A stretch of 49,684 bases of DNA from Cellvibrionales bacterium UBA2618 (GCA_002339165.1 DDJS01000042.1:1-49684); one strand, 5' to 3'; numbered from the stretch's first letter, positions 28,438 through 39,591 are shown. Notes: generated from the letters alone by a model not told the origin. Translations and numbers: made by a program.

Positions 28438-29364
28438 TTAGTCCTGCAAGCCTCCGAAACGACTATAGTAGCTAGATGACGCTTTGGGCAACATACCTTG
28501 CGTGGTCTGCATATTATTGCGTAAAAAAGCCATTGCCGGTTCATGGGTTAATCGGTAGAGTTTTGCGGTCAGCATTGAGGCTGCGCGTCCGGGCCAATTA
28601 CCTGGCAGAACCTGATGGGGCAGATCGGTATCTTTGAGCAGGATACGGCGATACTCGTGGATCAACAGGGTGCGTATCTGAAAGGCATCTTCTGGTTGCA
28701 GTGACTTGGCGCGAGACACCGCGTTGAAGACCGGTTTAAATGTTCCAAGAAATTGATTGTATCTGGCGGCCAATTGCTCCAAAGCCCAGCAATCTTTCAC
28801 CATTTCGTTTAAAACTTGATCAGACTCTATCTCATCCGTGGTGGCGCGCATGACCGCCACGCGATCGGTTAGGTGTAACTCATTTAGCGTCTCGTCCAGC
28901 GATTGCCGATTGGCGCCAGGACAGGCCATTAATCCGCTTCCTAGATTGCCGAAGCCGAGCCACTGAAGCTCGCGACGAAGCGTTTCGCGAGAGCTTTCGG
29001 CGACCGACCCAGTAAAGACCAGGGTCCACTGTCCATCCCAGTTGCACGGGCTCTCGACATAGATTCGTCGCGCGGCTTTTTCGTAGTGGCGTAACCCGTA
29101 GTCGGTAAAACTATAATAACTGCGTCGTCCGGACGGCGCCGACGTTAGCCATCCATCTTGACTGTTGCGGTAGACTGCGGTTCGTACCAACCTGCTGTTG
29201 ATTCCAAAGGGTTTGAGTGCGGTGATGAGACTGCCGAGCCAAACGCTGTTGCCATGTTGCGAAATCGAGTCGCCAAATACGGTGATAATTAACGAACCAC
29301 CTCGAATAGGTCGCCGAAGCCGAAAATCCTCGAGAAGTGTTTTTACAGTTTTGAGTTTTTGCAT
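28438..29364 (-). CDS. paaX: Phenylacetate catabolism repressor
   Basis: SLIITVFGDSI, VWLGSLI, RLVRTAVYR, GRRSYY, WDGQW and RTLLIHEYRRILLKD..LP motifs. Start taken at ATG 29364. Confidence 0.95.
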   Translation of the reverse strand: MQKLKTVKTLLEDFRLRRPIRGGSLIITVFGDSISQHGNSVWLGSLITALKPFGINSRLVRTAVYRNSQDGWLTSAPSGRRSYYSFTDYGLRHYEKAARRIYVESPCNWDGQWTLVFTGSVAESSRETLRRELQWLGFGNLGSGLMACPGANRQSLDETLNELHLTDRVAVMRATTDEIESDQVLNEMVKDCWALEQLAARYNQFLGTFKPVFNAVSRAKSLQPEDAFQIRTLLIHEYRRILLKDTDLPHQVLPGNWPGRAASMLTAKLYRLTHEPAMAFLRNNMQTTQGMLPKASSSYYSRFGGLQD

Positions 29365-29649
29365 GTGTTTGCGAACTGCGGTGTTGAGCGACAGGCCGCA
29401 TAGTTTACGTTGACTTGTGGCTGACGACAATCGCGCCGATTAAATCAGTCATGGCGTGTTTTTGTGGGAGAATTTTCAGTGATTGAAAGCGCGCCGCAGA
29501 CCGAGAAAAATCATCTAGCTATTAGCTATGCTAAGCTAAGCGTGCTAGCTTCTCTGATTTCTTCAAACTACGCCTATTTTTGCAGCGGGTGCCGCATGAA
29601 TATCCGCATATCATGGCAATATGGTATGCCTAGATTTTGGACCATACCG

Positions 29650-30819
29650 ATGAAGTTAGACCGTATTACATTGGTGGGTATGGTGGCAATGACGGCGGTT
29701 TCGACTGACCTCTATCTCTCCGGAATACCGTTGATCGTGGCTGAGTTCAATGCCACTGAAGCCGATGGCCAACTGACACTGGGCATCTTTATGTTGGGTA
29801 TTTCCCTTGGTCAACTCGTTTATGGTCCGCTGTCTGATTTTTATGGTCGCAAACCGGTACTCTATGTCGGTCTGATTGCTTATATCATAGCCAGTTTCGG
29901 CTGTGCGGTTGCGCTGAGTATGGAGCACTTGTTGTTGGCGCGACTGTTGCAGGGTCTGGCGGCTGCCTCTGGGCCGGTGCTGGCTCGAGCCATCGTGACC
30001 GATGTGTATCAGGCGCGAGATGCCGCCCGCGTCATGGCAACTCTGGCCACGTCGATGGCTTTGATCCCCTGTATAGCGCCAGTTTTTGGCAGCTGGATGC
30101 TTTATTGGTTCGATTGGCGTGTGCAGTTTTTCGCGCTCATGCTGGTTGGCTTACTCGTCCTTTTGTGCGCCACGTCACTGCCGGAGTCTCGGCCGAGACA
30201 AGCGGGCGAGCGGTTAAGTTTTGGTAAAATAACACGGCAGTTTGGGCTGTCTCTGCGCCACCCGATTTTTATGGGTTACTGCCTGATTGGTGGCGCCCAA
30301 TCAGGCGCTTTGTTTTCTTGGATATCGATGTCTTCTTTTGTGGTGATCGATCAATTGGGTGTGCCGCCCGTGTATTTTGGTTATACCTTTGCCGTGGTGG
30401 TGTGCGGCTATTTGTTTGGTGCGCTGGCAAGTTCAAGAATGGTCATGAGACTCGGTATGGATCAGGTAATCATGATTGGGTTGCTCTTCGGTATCGCATC
30501 GGCATTGCTGATGCTGGTGTTGGCAATTTTATCTTTGCATAGCTTGGCCTGGGTCCTGATATCAGCCTGCGGGATATTTTTCTCCACCGGAATGATATTG
30601 TCGAATGCGCAGGTCGCTGCGATTTCAGTCTTCCCTCAGTCAGCCGGTCAAGCGTCGTCGATCTTTGGCTGCATACAAACAGGCCTGGCTGCCATCGTCG
30701 GGTCCCTTGCCAGTCAATGGTATGACCAGACGCTCATGCCGCTGGCGATTGCCCTGACCGCAATGCTGGCCCTTGCGACCTTAGGGGTGCTTAAAATTCG
30801 TGCCCTTAAAAGCGTTTAA
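29650..30819 (+). CDS. Bcr/CflA-family MFS efflux transporter
   Basis: STDLYL, GQLVYGPLSDFYGRKPV, ARLLQG and LPES motifs; about 12 TM segments. Start uncertain (29626 or 29650). Confidence 0.9.
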   Translation: MKLDRITLVGMVAMTAVSTDLYLSGIPLIVAEFNATEADGQLTLGIFMLGISLGQLVYGPLSDFYGRKPVLYVGLIAYIIASFGCAVALSMEHLLLARLLQGLAAASGPVLARAIVTDVYQARDAARVMATLATSMALIPCIAPVFGSWMLYWFDWRVQFFALMLVGLLVLLCATSLPESRPRQAGERLSFGKITRQFGLSLRHPIFMGYCLIGGAQSGALFSWISMSSFVVIDQLGVPPVYFGYTFAVVVCGYLFGALASSRMVMRLGMDQVIMIGLLFGIASALLMLVLAILSLHSLAWVLISACGIFFSTGMILSNAQVAAISVFPQSAGQASSIFGCIQTGLAAIVGSLASQWYDQTLMPLAIALTAMLALATLGVLKIRALKSV

Positions 30820-30993
30820 TAAACTGGTTGAACGCTCCAAATCGCACGCGATTTGATAGCCACTGCCGGGTGGGGTAGGCCGTAAAGACGGGTCTATCGC
30901 TCACTTGAATCTATCAATGATTCTCTTTGCGCGCGTGTTGGCCGCTCTGGCTTGGTCTGGGGTGTGATGCGCGCAAAAATTATTAAACTGCCT

Positions 30994-31010
30994 GTGCGCT
31001 GACAATCAAC
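30994..31010 (+). promoter_or_regulatory. Candidate activator site GTGCGCTGACAATCAAC
   Basis: Matches 41194-41210, upstream of the second TonB receptor, at 14 of 17 positions. Confidence 0.45.
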
Positions 31011-31122
31011 TCATAACTGCACAAAATCACTGAATGGGACGCGCGTTTTTCTGATACGGTGTCAAAAAAGGGTATTATGGTGTTTTCATTAGCTAAATAG
31101 TTAAGAGGAAGGGGAGTCTAAC

Positions 31123-33444
31123 ATGCATAAAAATATAACTAGATTCAGCGGTATGGTTAAAAACATTACGATTTTAGCACTGGTATTTGTCTCTTTGGGT
31201 AGCACGTCTATTCTCCATGCTCAGTCCGCGGGCTTGGAGGAAATTATTGTCACGGCAACACGCAAGTCAGAGTCTTTGCAAGATGTGGGTATGGCCATCA
31301 CCTCTCTTGGAGATCAAGAAATAGAGCGTATGGGCGCCACAAATTTGTTAGATTTTGCCGTCAGAGTACCTAATTTATCGATGGCCTATGAGGCAGATGG
31401 CCGGTTTGATTCGAGTTCACCGTCGATAAGGGGCGTTTTTGGTAAGGACACTACCGGCTTTTATTTTGACGATACACCGGTCAATGCCTCGATGTTGCCT
31501 CGGGTGATGGACATTGAACGTATTGAGGTATTGCGAGGCCCTCAGGGTTCTCTATGGGGTGCCAAGTCGATGGGCGGTACCATTCGCATGATTACCAAGA
31601 AGCCGGATTTGCAGTCTAGCGACGCGCAGGTGCACGCTGTGATGTCATCGGTAAAAGAGGGTGATGAGAACTACAACGTCGATGGCGCCTTTAATATACC
31701 GATTGTCGAAGATGTTTTCGCGCTGCGGATTAATGCCTATGCAGGTTCAAACTCGGGTGTTTTTGATGATAAATATGTCGCTACCTGGACTGATTCAGGC
31801 GGTGGTGCCAGAACGAATCCGGGGGCCGATTTCGGTACGCTTGAAAATGTCGATGACGAAGACTATTGGGGTGGGCAGATCGCCGCTAAATGGGTTGTCA
31901 ATGAAGATGTGGTGTTGAATCTGCGTTACATGATGCAGGAGGTCGAGGCCGATGGCTTACCCTTCGCCGACATCGATCCCGAGAGCACGACCAGACATCG
32001 CTTTTTTCAGGCAGGTGAACCCGGCACTGACGAATGGAGCATTGGCAGTGCAACGCTCAATGTAAATTTCTCATCGGGCACCTTGACGTCGACGCTGTCG
32101 AAATATCAGCGAGAGACGGACGAGACCGAAGAAGAGGCGCACTTCCTACATTTTCTCTTTGATAACGTGATTGGGATCCCCATAGACCCTCTGTACTCAA
32201 TATTGAGTACCGTCGAGGATTACGACAGCACCGTGTTTGAATCCCGATTCAGCAGTGATCTCGACGGCCCATTTAATTTTACCGTCGGCGTTTTTTATTC
32301 GGATAAAACCTGGGATCATGAATATCCAAGGTCGGTCCAAACTGGCTTGGCTGATGCGGTCGATGCACTAACCGGCGCTCCTGGATTGGGTCAAGATTGT
32401 GTCGACGGATTTTGTCTCACCGACGACGATTTGATTTTTGTGACGACTACCCTGACCGATACCAAGGAGAAAGCCGTATTCGGTGAATTGACTTGGGACA
32501 TCAGTGAAACTGTCTCTTTAACCGCCGGCGGTCGTTGGTATGACACCAGCATTGACGCGGTGAACTCCGCGGATGGATTTGCCAATAGCGGGCCGTCCAG
32601 TTATGACGAGTCGCAAAGCGAAAACGGTTTCAATCCGAAGGTGCTAGTTCAGGCAGCTATTAGCGAAGATTTTAACGTCTATCTCAGCGGAGCAAAAGGC
32701 TTTCGAACGGGCGGCGTTAACGGTAATTTACCCCCCGGCCTTTGTGGCCCAGAATTGACTGAACTCGGGATTAATCCCTCGAATGCAACCACCTATGATT
32801 CAGATGATTTGTGGAGTTATGAGTTGGGCTTTAAATCTAGCTTGGCAGATAACCGAGTCACGCTGAACGCGGCAGTATTTATGATAGATTGGCAAGACGT
32901 TCAGCAGTTAAATCGTTTGGCTTGCGGCTTCCAGTTCACTCAAAACGCCGGTGAGGCAGAAAGTCGAGGTTTCGAAGTAGAAATCATTGCGATGCCGACC
33001 GATGGCCTGACCCTGAGCGCGGCGGTTGGTTACACCGATGCTGAAATTACCGACGCCGGTGGCGTTGCCGGAGTGACCAACGGTGATGATGTGCAAGGCG
33101 TAGCCGATTGGACCGGTACTGTGACTGCCCAATACATCTGGCCCGTCTTCGACCAATGGAACGCAATAGTGCGTGCTGATGGCAACTATTATGGCGATAG
33201 CTACAGCGCCAATAATGAGTCCTCTGCCGCATCACAAAGGCTGCGACCGTCTTGGAATGCGGTCAATCTTCGCGCGGGTATTATTGACGAAAATTGGGAT
33301 GTTATGGTGTTCGTAGACAATGCCACTGACGAGCGGGCCAATTTAGCGGATAGTCGGTCGATCGCGGCAGAAACGCCGGGCAGGGCGCGCTTGGTGACTA
33401 ATCGCCCTCGCACGCTGGGTATGGATGTACGCTACCGATTCTAG
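31123..33444 (+). CDS. TonB-dependent receptor
   Basis: Signal peptide, LEEIIVTATRK TonB box, DIERIEVLRGPQGSLWG plug motif, C-terminal YRF. Confidence 0.95.
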   Translation: MHKNITRFSGMVKNITILALVFVSLGSTSILHAQSAGLEEIIVTATRKSESLQDVGMAITSLGDQEIERMGATNLLDFAVRVPNLSMAYEADGRFDSSSPSIRGVFGKDTTGFYFDDTPVNASMLPRVMDIERIEVLRGPQGSLWGAKSMGGTIRMITKKPDLQSSDAQVHAVMSSVKEGDENYNVDGAFNIPIVEDVFALRINAYAGSNSGVFDDKYVATWTDSGGGARTNPGADFGTLENVDDEDYWGGQIAAKWVVNEDVVLNLRYMMQEVEADGLPFADIDPESTTRHRFFQAGEPGTDEWSIGSATLNVNFSSGTLTSTLSKYQRETDETEEEAHFLHFLFDNVIGIPIDPLYSILSTVEDYDSTVFESRFSSDLDGPFNFTVGVFYSDKTWDHEYPRSVQTGLADAVDALTGAPGLGQDCVDGFCLTDDDLIFVTTTLTDTKEKAVFGELTWDISETVSLTAGGRWYDTSIDAVNSADGFANSGPSSYDESQSENGFNPKVLVQAAISEDFNVYLSGAKGFRTGGVNGNLPPGLCGPELTELGINPSNATTYDSDDLWSYELGFKSSLADNRVTLNAAVFMIDWQDVQQLNRLACGFQFTQNAGEAESRGFEVEIIAMPTDGLTLSAAVGYTDAEITDAGGVAGVTNGDDVQGVADWTGTVTAQYIWPVFDQWNAIVRADGNYYGDSYSANNESSAASQRLRPSWNAVNLRAGIIDENWDVMVFVDNATDERANLADSRSIAAETPGRARLVTNRPRTLGMDVRYRF

Positions 33445-33452
33445 TTTAGGCC

Positions 33453-33491
33453 GACAATAAAAAAGCCGGCTATGCCGGCTTTTTTATTGTC
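33453..33491. terminator. Bidirectional rho-independent terminator
   Basis: Perfect 18-bp inverted repeat GACAATAAAAAAGCCGGC-TAT-GCCGGCTTTTTTATTGTC between convergent genes. Confidence 0.92.
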
Positions 33492-33510
33492 TAATTAATT
33501 GTCTGCACGA

Positions 33511-35610
33511 TTATTTTTGCTGTGCCATAAAGGCTTTTTGACTCAGCGTTACAAGGTAAGCCTGAATGCCGTCGACGTTAGCGCTGCTGATATCGCTAGA
33601 GAAATTCGGCATGCCATTTTCTTCGAGAATACCCTCCAGCACAATGTTCTTAAAGATAGCGTGTTTTGCGTGTGAGAGCCGGCGTAAATCCGGCAGCATT
33701 GGCACGCTCCCATACATACCGTGGCAAGAGCCACAATGCATGACGTAGTCCTTTCGGCCCTGCTCGACAACCTCGGCACTGGCCACCACTGTGGGAGGTT
33801 TAAAAAATTGACCGCGGGCTGGAACAGGGGTCGGTAACGCAACGGTCTGACCGTCAAGCTTAAAGCTCATGATCCGTCCAGCATTGCTATAGTCGAGCAA
33901 TGCTTCGTTACCTTTTAAGGTATTAAAGGCGGGCCCACCCCAGCCGGCCATGATGGCAATAAACTGTTCGCCATCGACCGCATAGGTGATCGGTGGTGCA
34001 ATCATGCCAGTGCCGACAAAGATGTCGAGTAACACACCGCCTGTATGATCATTGACTGCATAAAAATGTCCGTCTGCGGAGCCATGAATAACGACACCTC
34101 CGGCGGTCGAAAGCACTCCGCTATTCCAGGTGTTGGGTAATTCTATTTGCCACGCCAGTTTTTGCTCAACCGGGTCCCAAGCTTTTAAATAGCCGGCAGT
34201 TTTGGGGATCACTTGATCGCCGATGAGCGACTCAATATTGTTTGTACCCCATTCAAACCATCGGTCGCCTGCATCATTATGAACCCAACCTGCTTCGCGG
34301 GCCGGTACATAAACGAGTCCAGTATTTTGGCTATATGACATGGGATGCCAGTTATGGCCGCCCGCCGCTGACGGAAATACATACTTCTCTTGATGACGAT
34401 AATCGCCAAACTCTGTCAGTATCGGCCGCCCAGTAGTTTTGTCGACTGATTCGGCCCAATTGGCGAAGACATATTTCTCTGCCGAGATCAGTTCGCCGGT
34501 GCTACGATCGATCACGTAAAAGAAACCGTTTTTGGGTGCCTGCATCAACACCTTGCGGACATTTCCTGCAATTTTTATGTCGGCCAATATCATGTGTTGG
34601 GTGGCGGTATAGTCCCACGAGTCACCCGGTGTTGTTTGATAGTGCCAAATTAACTCGCCGGTATCCGGTCGCAGCGCCAATATGGACGCTAAGTAGAGGT
34701 TGTCGCCGCCTTTTGGACTGCGAATATGTTGGGGCCAGGGACCTCCATTGCCAGTGCCTACATAAAGCAAGTCCAACGCAGGGTCATAGGCAATGGAATC
34801 CCATGCGGTGCCGCCCAGACCGGGGAATGCGCTGTTTTTATCCCACGTCTGAGCGGCAATGGCTAATTCAGGGTGTTCAAAAGGCCCCGTCGCGCTGCCG
34901 GGCACGGTGAAGAAGCGCCACACTAATTCGCCGTTATCGGCGTCATAGGCGTTGATGTAGCCCCTGACAGCGTACTCGGCGCCACCATTGCCAATAATCA
35001 CTTTGCCTTTAATGATGCGGGGCGCACCGGTGATCGAGTAGGCTTGTTGTCTGTCGATAAGCGTATCAACCCGCCACAACACACTCCCCGATTGGGCATC
35101 GAGCGCGATCAAGTATCCGTCTAAGGTACCCACGTAAACCTTGCCTTGCCAAACGGCAACGCCTCGATTGACAATATCACAACATAACTTTTTCGCCCAA
35201 GCGCGTTCTACACCGGGGTCATACTGCCAAAGAACCGCGCCATTTTTTGCATCTAGAGCGATCACTTTTGACCAAGTGCTCGTTGTGTACATTACGCCAT
35301 CGACCACAATGGGCGTTGCTTCTAAGCCGCGCGCAGATTTCGCCGGAGTTTCCCAAGCGAGGCCAAGGCGATGAACGTTGGATTGGTTGATTTGCGTTAA
35401 GGGGGAAAAACGCTGCTCCGCGTAATCGCGGCCATGGGCTAGCCAATTTTCTGGTTCTGAATCTGCCTCGATAATGCGTTGCGTATTGACATGACCGGAA
35501 TCGGAGTGGCTTTTCTGTGCGGCAATCTTAGCACCAACATCGGGCCCTTTATTACACGCCATTGCACTCGCAAATAAAATGGCGCATAAAACCAGCTGTT
35601 TCTGGTACAT
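33511..35610 (-). CDS. PQQ-dependent quinohemoprotein alcohol dehydrogenase (type II)
   Basis: RFSPLTQIN, GLEATP, vicinal CCDIVNRG, GNGGAE, WDYT, GGHNW and a C-terminal heme c motif CGSCH; lipobox-like AMAC. Confidence 0.94.
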   Translation of the reverse strand: MYQKQLVLCAILFASAMACNKGPDVGAKIAAQKSHSDSGHVNTQRIIEADSEPENWLAHGRDYAEQRFSPLTQINQSNVHRLGLAWETPAKSARGLEATPIVVDGVMYTTSTWSKVIALDAKNGAVLWQYDPGVERAWAKKLCCDIVNRGVAVWQGKVYVGTLDGYLIALDAQSGSVLWRVDTLIDRQQAYSITGAPRIIKGKVIIGNGGAEYAVRGYINAYDADNGELVWRFFTVPGSATGPFEHPELAIAAQTWDKNSAFPGLGGTAWDSIAYDPALDLLYVGTGNGGPWPQHIRSPKGGDNLYLASILALRPDTGELIWHYQTTPGDSWDYTATQHMILADIKIAGNVRKVLMQAPKNGFFYVIDRSTGELISAEKYVFANWAESVDKTTGRPILTEFGDYRHQEKYVFPSAAGGHNWHPMSYSQNTGLVYVPAREAGWVHNDAGDRWFEWGTNNIESLIGDQVIPKTAGYLKAWDPVEQKLAWQIELPNTWNSGVLSTAGGVVIHGSADGHFYAVNDHTGGVLLDIFVGTGMIAPPITYAVDGEQFIAIMAGWGGPAFNTLKGNEALLDYSNAGRIMSFKLDGQTVALPTPVPARGQFFKPPTVVASAEVVEQGRKDYVMHCGSCHGMYGSVPMLPDLRRLSHAKHAIFKNIVLEGILEENGMPNFSSDISSANVDGIQAYLVTLSQKAFMAQQK

Positions 35611-36128
35611 TTTCTCTCCTAAGCGCTTGAGTCGTCATTTTTGATAGAGTGTCGGTAGTAGTTTAATTCTTGATCGAGAGACGAGCCATGTTAATTATCG
35701 GCCGCCTCCAGGGATGCGCGCTACTATGCAGTTTAGTTTAAATCGTCGCTTAACTAAAGGTGGCAGCGAGGCGGCTAATTTGTGAGGCCCAGTGCCATAA
35801 GACTATTGCAGATTATTTAAATGTTGGGCAGTGTGATCCTGAACCCTGCGGTTTAACGACTACTGCACAGTGATGTCGACCGTGACAGGGAATCTGGCAC
35901 TCGCGCCGACCTCTCTGAGGGGCATTGTTTGTGTGAGTTAAACGGTCAATGGGCGCGAAATTTTTCACTAAAAAAGAAGGGTTTTAGGTCGGCAAAATCA
36001 ACAGATGTTATGGATTCGCGCTACGTCAATTGTTGAGTTCTCTAAGCGTCAATAGAGTAAAGGGCGATTGAGATACTATTGTGTGCATACCTGTTAATGT
36101 TGTTTTAAAAATAATCCATGAGGACAAG

Positions 36129-37553
36129 ATGAAAGAGTTTAATAATATTATCAATGGTGAAAAAGTTCAGTCGGATTTAAATTTTGCCGTTATTAACCCT
36201 GCGACGGGTGAAGTTTTCGCCCATTGCCAGAGCGCGGATTCTGGCATGGTCGATCAAGCGGTGGTAGCTGCGAGAAACGCCTTTTCGACATGGAGCAAAA
36301 CTTCTCAACAAGAGCGTAAGGCGAAAATTCATGCGATTGCCGATGCCCTTGAGGCGAATATGCCGGAGTTGATGGCGTTGGTAACAGCGGAAACGGGCAA
36401 GCCCATGGCGGGCTTAAACGGCGTGGGCTCAGGCATGGAGGTAGGCGCTTCAATGGCGTGGGCGCACCACACCGCCGAGTTGGATTTGCCAGTCGACGTT
36501 ATTCAGGAAGATGAGATTGCCAGTGTTCAAGTTTTTCGCAAACCACTCGGCGTTGTGGCGTCGATAACACCCTGGAACTGGCCGCTAATGATTGCTATCT
36601 GGCATGTAATGCCTGCTCTAAGAGCGGGCAATACGGTCGTTATTAAGCCATCGCCCCTGACCCCTTTAGCGACGATTCGGTTTGTTGAAATGGCCAATGA
36701 AATATTACCGCCCGGCGTTTTAAGCGTGATCACCGGCGATGCCAGTATTGGTGCGGCTCTATCTGAACACCCTGACGTCAACAAGATTGTCTTTACTGGG
36801 TCGACCCAGACCGGTCGAAATATCATGCAAGCGGCGTCGGCTCATCTAAAACGTTTGACGCTTGAATTGGGCGGCAATGATGCTGGGTTTGTTTTGAATG
36901 ATGTCAATGTTAAAGACGTTGCGCCAAAATTATTTGCTGCGGCGTTTCACAACAATGGCCAGACTTGCGCTTGCCTAAAGCGGATGTACGTCCATGAATC
37001 GATCTATGAGGAGCTCTGTGAGGAGCTTGCTCAACTGGCTAAGACGGTTGTGGTTGGTGATGGTATGCAGGACGGGGTTGAATTGGGGCCATTACAGAAT
37101 AAAGCACAATTGGCGATCGTCATTGATCTGGTGGCGGATGCCAAAGCGCATGGCGGGCGCTTTATCGCCGGTGGTTACCCGATTGACGGCGGTGGTTTTT
37201 TCTTTGCGCCGACGATTGTTGCCGATCTTGAGGACGGCCATCGTCTCGTCGATGAGGAGCAGTTCGGCCCAGTGGTACCGATCATTAAATATTCTGATAT
37301 CTCGCAGATCATAGAACGCGCCAATCAAAATGAGAATGGCCTGGGCGGTTCGATCTGGTCCAGCGACTTAGTCAAAGCTGCCGAACTGGCGCAGCAGTTG
37401 GAATGCGGTACCGCTTGGGTAAATGATCACGGTGCGATACAACCAGACGCGCCCTTTGGCGGAGTCAAGCAATCGGGCTTTGGCGTTGAATTTGGCTCTT
37501 ATGGGCTAGAGGAATATACTTCATTACAGACTGTAAAAATCACAAAAAATTAG
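36129..37553 (+). CDS. NAD(P)-dependent aldehyde dehydrogenase (probable arylacetaldehyde dehydrogenase)
   Basis: ITPWNWP, FTGST, LELGGND, NGQTC and EEQFGP motifs; GAGGA RBS before ATG 36129. Substrate inferred from the adjacent amine oxidase. Confidence 0.93.
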   Translation: MKEFNNIINGEKVQSDLNFAVINPATGEVFAHCQSADSGMVDQAVVAARNAFSTWSKTSQQERKAKIHAIADALEANMPELMALVTAETGKPMAGLNGVGSGMEVGASMAWAHHTAELDLPVDVIQEDEIASVQVFRKPLGVVASITPWNWPLMIAIWHVMPALRAGNTVVIKPSPLTPLATIRFVEMANEILPPGVLSVITGDASIGAALSEHPDVNKIVFTGSTQTGRNIMQAASAHLKRLTLELGGNDAGFVLNDVNVKDVAPKLFAAAFHNNGQTCACLKRMYVHESIYEELCEELAQLAKTVVVGDGMQDGVELGPLQNKAQLAIVIDLVADAKAHGGRFIAGGYPIDGGGFFFAPTIVADLEDGHRLVDEEQFGPVVPIIKYSDISQIIERANQNENGLGGSIWSSDLVKAAELAQQLECGTAWVNDHGAIQPDAPFGGVKQSGFGVEFGSYGLEEYTSLQTVKITKN

Positions 37554-37578
37554 TCGATAAATTGTAAAGGGGCTGACA

Positions 37579-39591
37579 ATGAACCACGTAAATAAGCTTG
37601 CACCAACGGCACTTTTAATCACCACTGCCTTGCTCGTTGGTTGTTTAGACAATCAAGGGGCACAGGACTCTGAAACCGCCGATAAGAGCATCTCAAGCGC
37701 AGGTGCAGACAGCACTGGCTACGGTAACTCGGTGGAGCATCCGCTCGATGCGCTGACGCAGGGTGAGTTGACGGAGGTCATCGCGATTCTTGCGGACAAC
37801 GACCGCCATGATGATTCGACGCGCTTTCCTGAAGTGAGTTTGAAAGAGCCCACCAAGGCCTTTGTGTACGCTTGGCAGGTTGGCGATGCGATCCCGCGCG
37901 CAGCTAAAGTAGTCGGCCGTCAAGGTTCAGTGACGTTTGAGGCCGTGGTGGATATTAGTAACAGAACGTTAATCGATTGGCAGCAAGTGGAGGACGTACA
38001 GTCAGCATTGTTGCTGGAAGAATGGATGGCCGCGGGCGAGCTTTGGAAAACCAGTAAAGTCATTACCGATGAGTTAGAGCGTCGCGGTTACTCGTTGGAT
38101 GATATCTTTGCCGCACCCCTCACAACGGGCTATTTTGGCGCCGGTGAAGCGCGTGACAAACGTCTCATGAAGTTATGGCTTTTAGACACCAAAGACGTGC
38201 ACTACAATCTTTTCGCCAAGCCCATTAAAGGAATTTCCGCCACTGTAGACATCAATCAGCAAAAGATAATCAATGTAATTATTGACGAGGATGTCGGCCG
38301 TAACGAGATCATTTACGACTATGATGCTGCGTCTACGCAGGCGCGGACAATGAAAAAAGTGACCATTCAATCGAATCAAGGTGACAATTTTTCTTTTGAA
38401 GATGGACTGATCAAGTGGGATAAATGGCAGTTTCACTTTCGTCTCGATAAGCGTTTTGGGGCGATGGTTTCGCTGGCGGCTTTTGACGGTCAGTCGGTCG
38501 CCTATCAAATTTCGGCGAATGAAATGTTTGTGCCTTATATGAGCCCTGAGGAAGAATGGAAATATCGCAGTTTCATGGACATTGGCGAATACGGGTTTGG
38601 ACTGCTGAGTTCGGCGCTTGAGATGGGAACCGATGTGCCGGGTAATGCGACTTTATTAAACGCGGTGATTCCGACCGATAACGGTACGCCCGCTTTGTAC
38701 GAAAATGTTATCGGCGTGTTTGAGAGAAATACGGGACGACCCATGTGGCGTCATTCAGAGATGGTCAATGGTACCCATGAGGGTAGGGCCGAGGTTGAAT
38801 TGGTGGTGCGTACTATTCCTGTAGTGGGCAATTATGACTATATAGTCGATTATGTGTTTAGCGCCAAAGGACTTTTAAAAATAGAGGTGGGAGCCACCGG
38901 AATGGATGCGGTTAAGGCCGCTAAATCTCGCAACATGGCGGATGCTACTGCGCTGGAGGACACCAAGGTGGGCTCTCTGGTGGCACCGAATTTGGTCGGT
39001 GTGAACCATGATCACTTCATCTCTTTCCGTATCGATATGGATGTCGCTGGGATTAATAATAGCCTCGTGACGGATGAGATTACACCGGTACGGTACCCCA
39101 ATAACAGCCGTCTTAGTGGCTGGGAAGTGGTAGAGCATCCGACCCGGGTCGAAGGGGCGATGCGTCGCTCCCATCACGGGCACGCCGCAAGCTGGCGGGT
39201 GGTCAATAAGAACGTCACCAATAAATTGGGACAGCACAAGAGCTATCAGATTCTTGGGCATAGTCATCTGTCGAATCTAGACAGCGAAGATTTTCCACAA
39301 AAGCGAGCGGCGTGGTCAGCGGAGCAGTTATGGGTAACTCCGCACAACCCCGAAGAGCTCTATCCCTCGGGCAAATACCCTAATCAGAGCGACGGTAGCG
39401 AAGGAATACTGCAATGGGTAGCGCAACAGCGATCGGTTGATAATACTGATCTGGTGATGTGGTATACCATGGGTTTTCACCACGTAACGCTGCCTGAAGA
39501 CTGGCCAATATTGGCGACGATGTGGCACACGGTAACGCTGCGTCCGGCCTTCAGTTATGAGCGTAATCCAGCCGTTGATATTGCCCGATGA
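37579..39591 (+). CDS. tynA: Copper/topaquinone primary amine oxidase, predicted lipoprotein
   Basis: HPLDALT, DIGEYG (catalytic Asp), NYDY (TPQ site), NHDH and GFHH copper ligands, EDWP; lipobox LVGC. Confidence 0.93.
   Translation: MNHVNKLAPTALLITTALLVGCLDNQGAQDSETADKSISSAGADSTGYGNSVEHPLDALTQGELTEVIAILADNDRHDDSTRFPEVSLKEPTKAFVYAWQVGDAIPRAAKVVGRQGSVTFEAVVDISNRTLIDWQQVEDVQSALLLEEWMAAGELWKTSKVITDELERRGYSLDDIFAAPLTTGYFGAGEARDKRLMKLWLLDTKDVHYNLFAKPIKGISATVDINQQKIINVIIDEDVGRNEIIYDYDAASTQARTMKKVTIQSNQGDNFSFEDGLIKWDKWQFHFRLDKRFGAMVSLAAFDGQSVAYQISANEMFVPYMSPEEEWKYRSFMDIGEYGFGLLSSALEMGTDVPGNATLLNAVIPTDNGTPALYENVIGVFERNTGRPMWRHSEMVNGTHEGRAEVELVVRTIPVVGNYDYIVDYVFSAKGLLKIEVGATGMDAVKAAKSRNMADATALEDTKVGSLVAPNLVGVNHDHFISFRIDMDVAGINNSLVTDEITPVRYPNNSRLSGWEVVEHPTRVEGAMRRSHHGHAASWRVVNKNVTNKLGQHKSYQILGHSHLSNLDSEDFPQKRAAWSAEQLWVTPHNPEELYPSGKYPNQSDGSEGILQWVAQQRSVDNTDLVMWYTMGFHHVTLPEDWPILATMWHTVTLRPAFSYERNPAVDIAR

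Noticed and set aside
33511-35610. Lanthanide-dependent alcohol dehydrogenase
   Set aside because: The active-site motif is WDYT and lacks the extra Asp (D-x-D) of lanthanide enzymes, so it is consistent with a Ca-dependent enzyme.
35611-36128. Riboswitch or sRNA in the ADH/ALDH divergent gap
   Set aside because: No TPP, cobalamin or glycine consensus elements were recognised; the gap is explained by divergent promoters.
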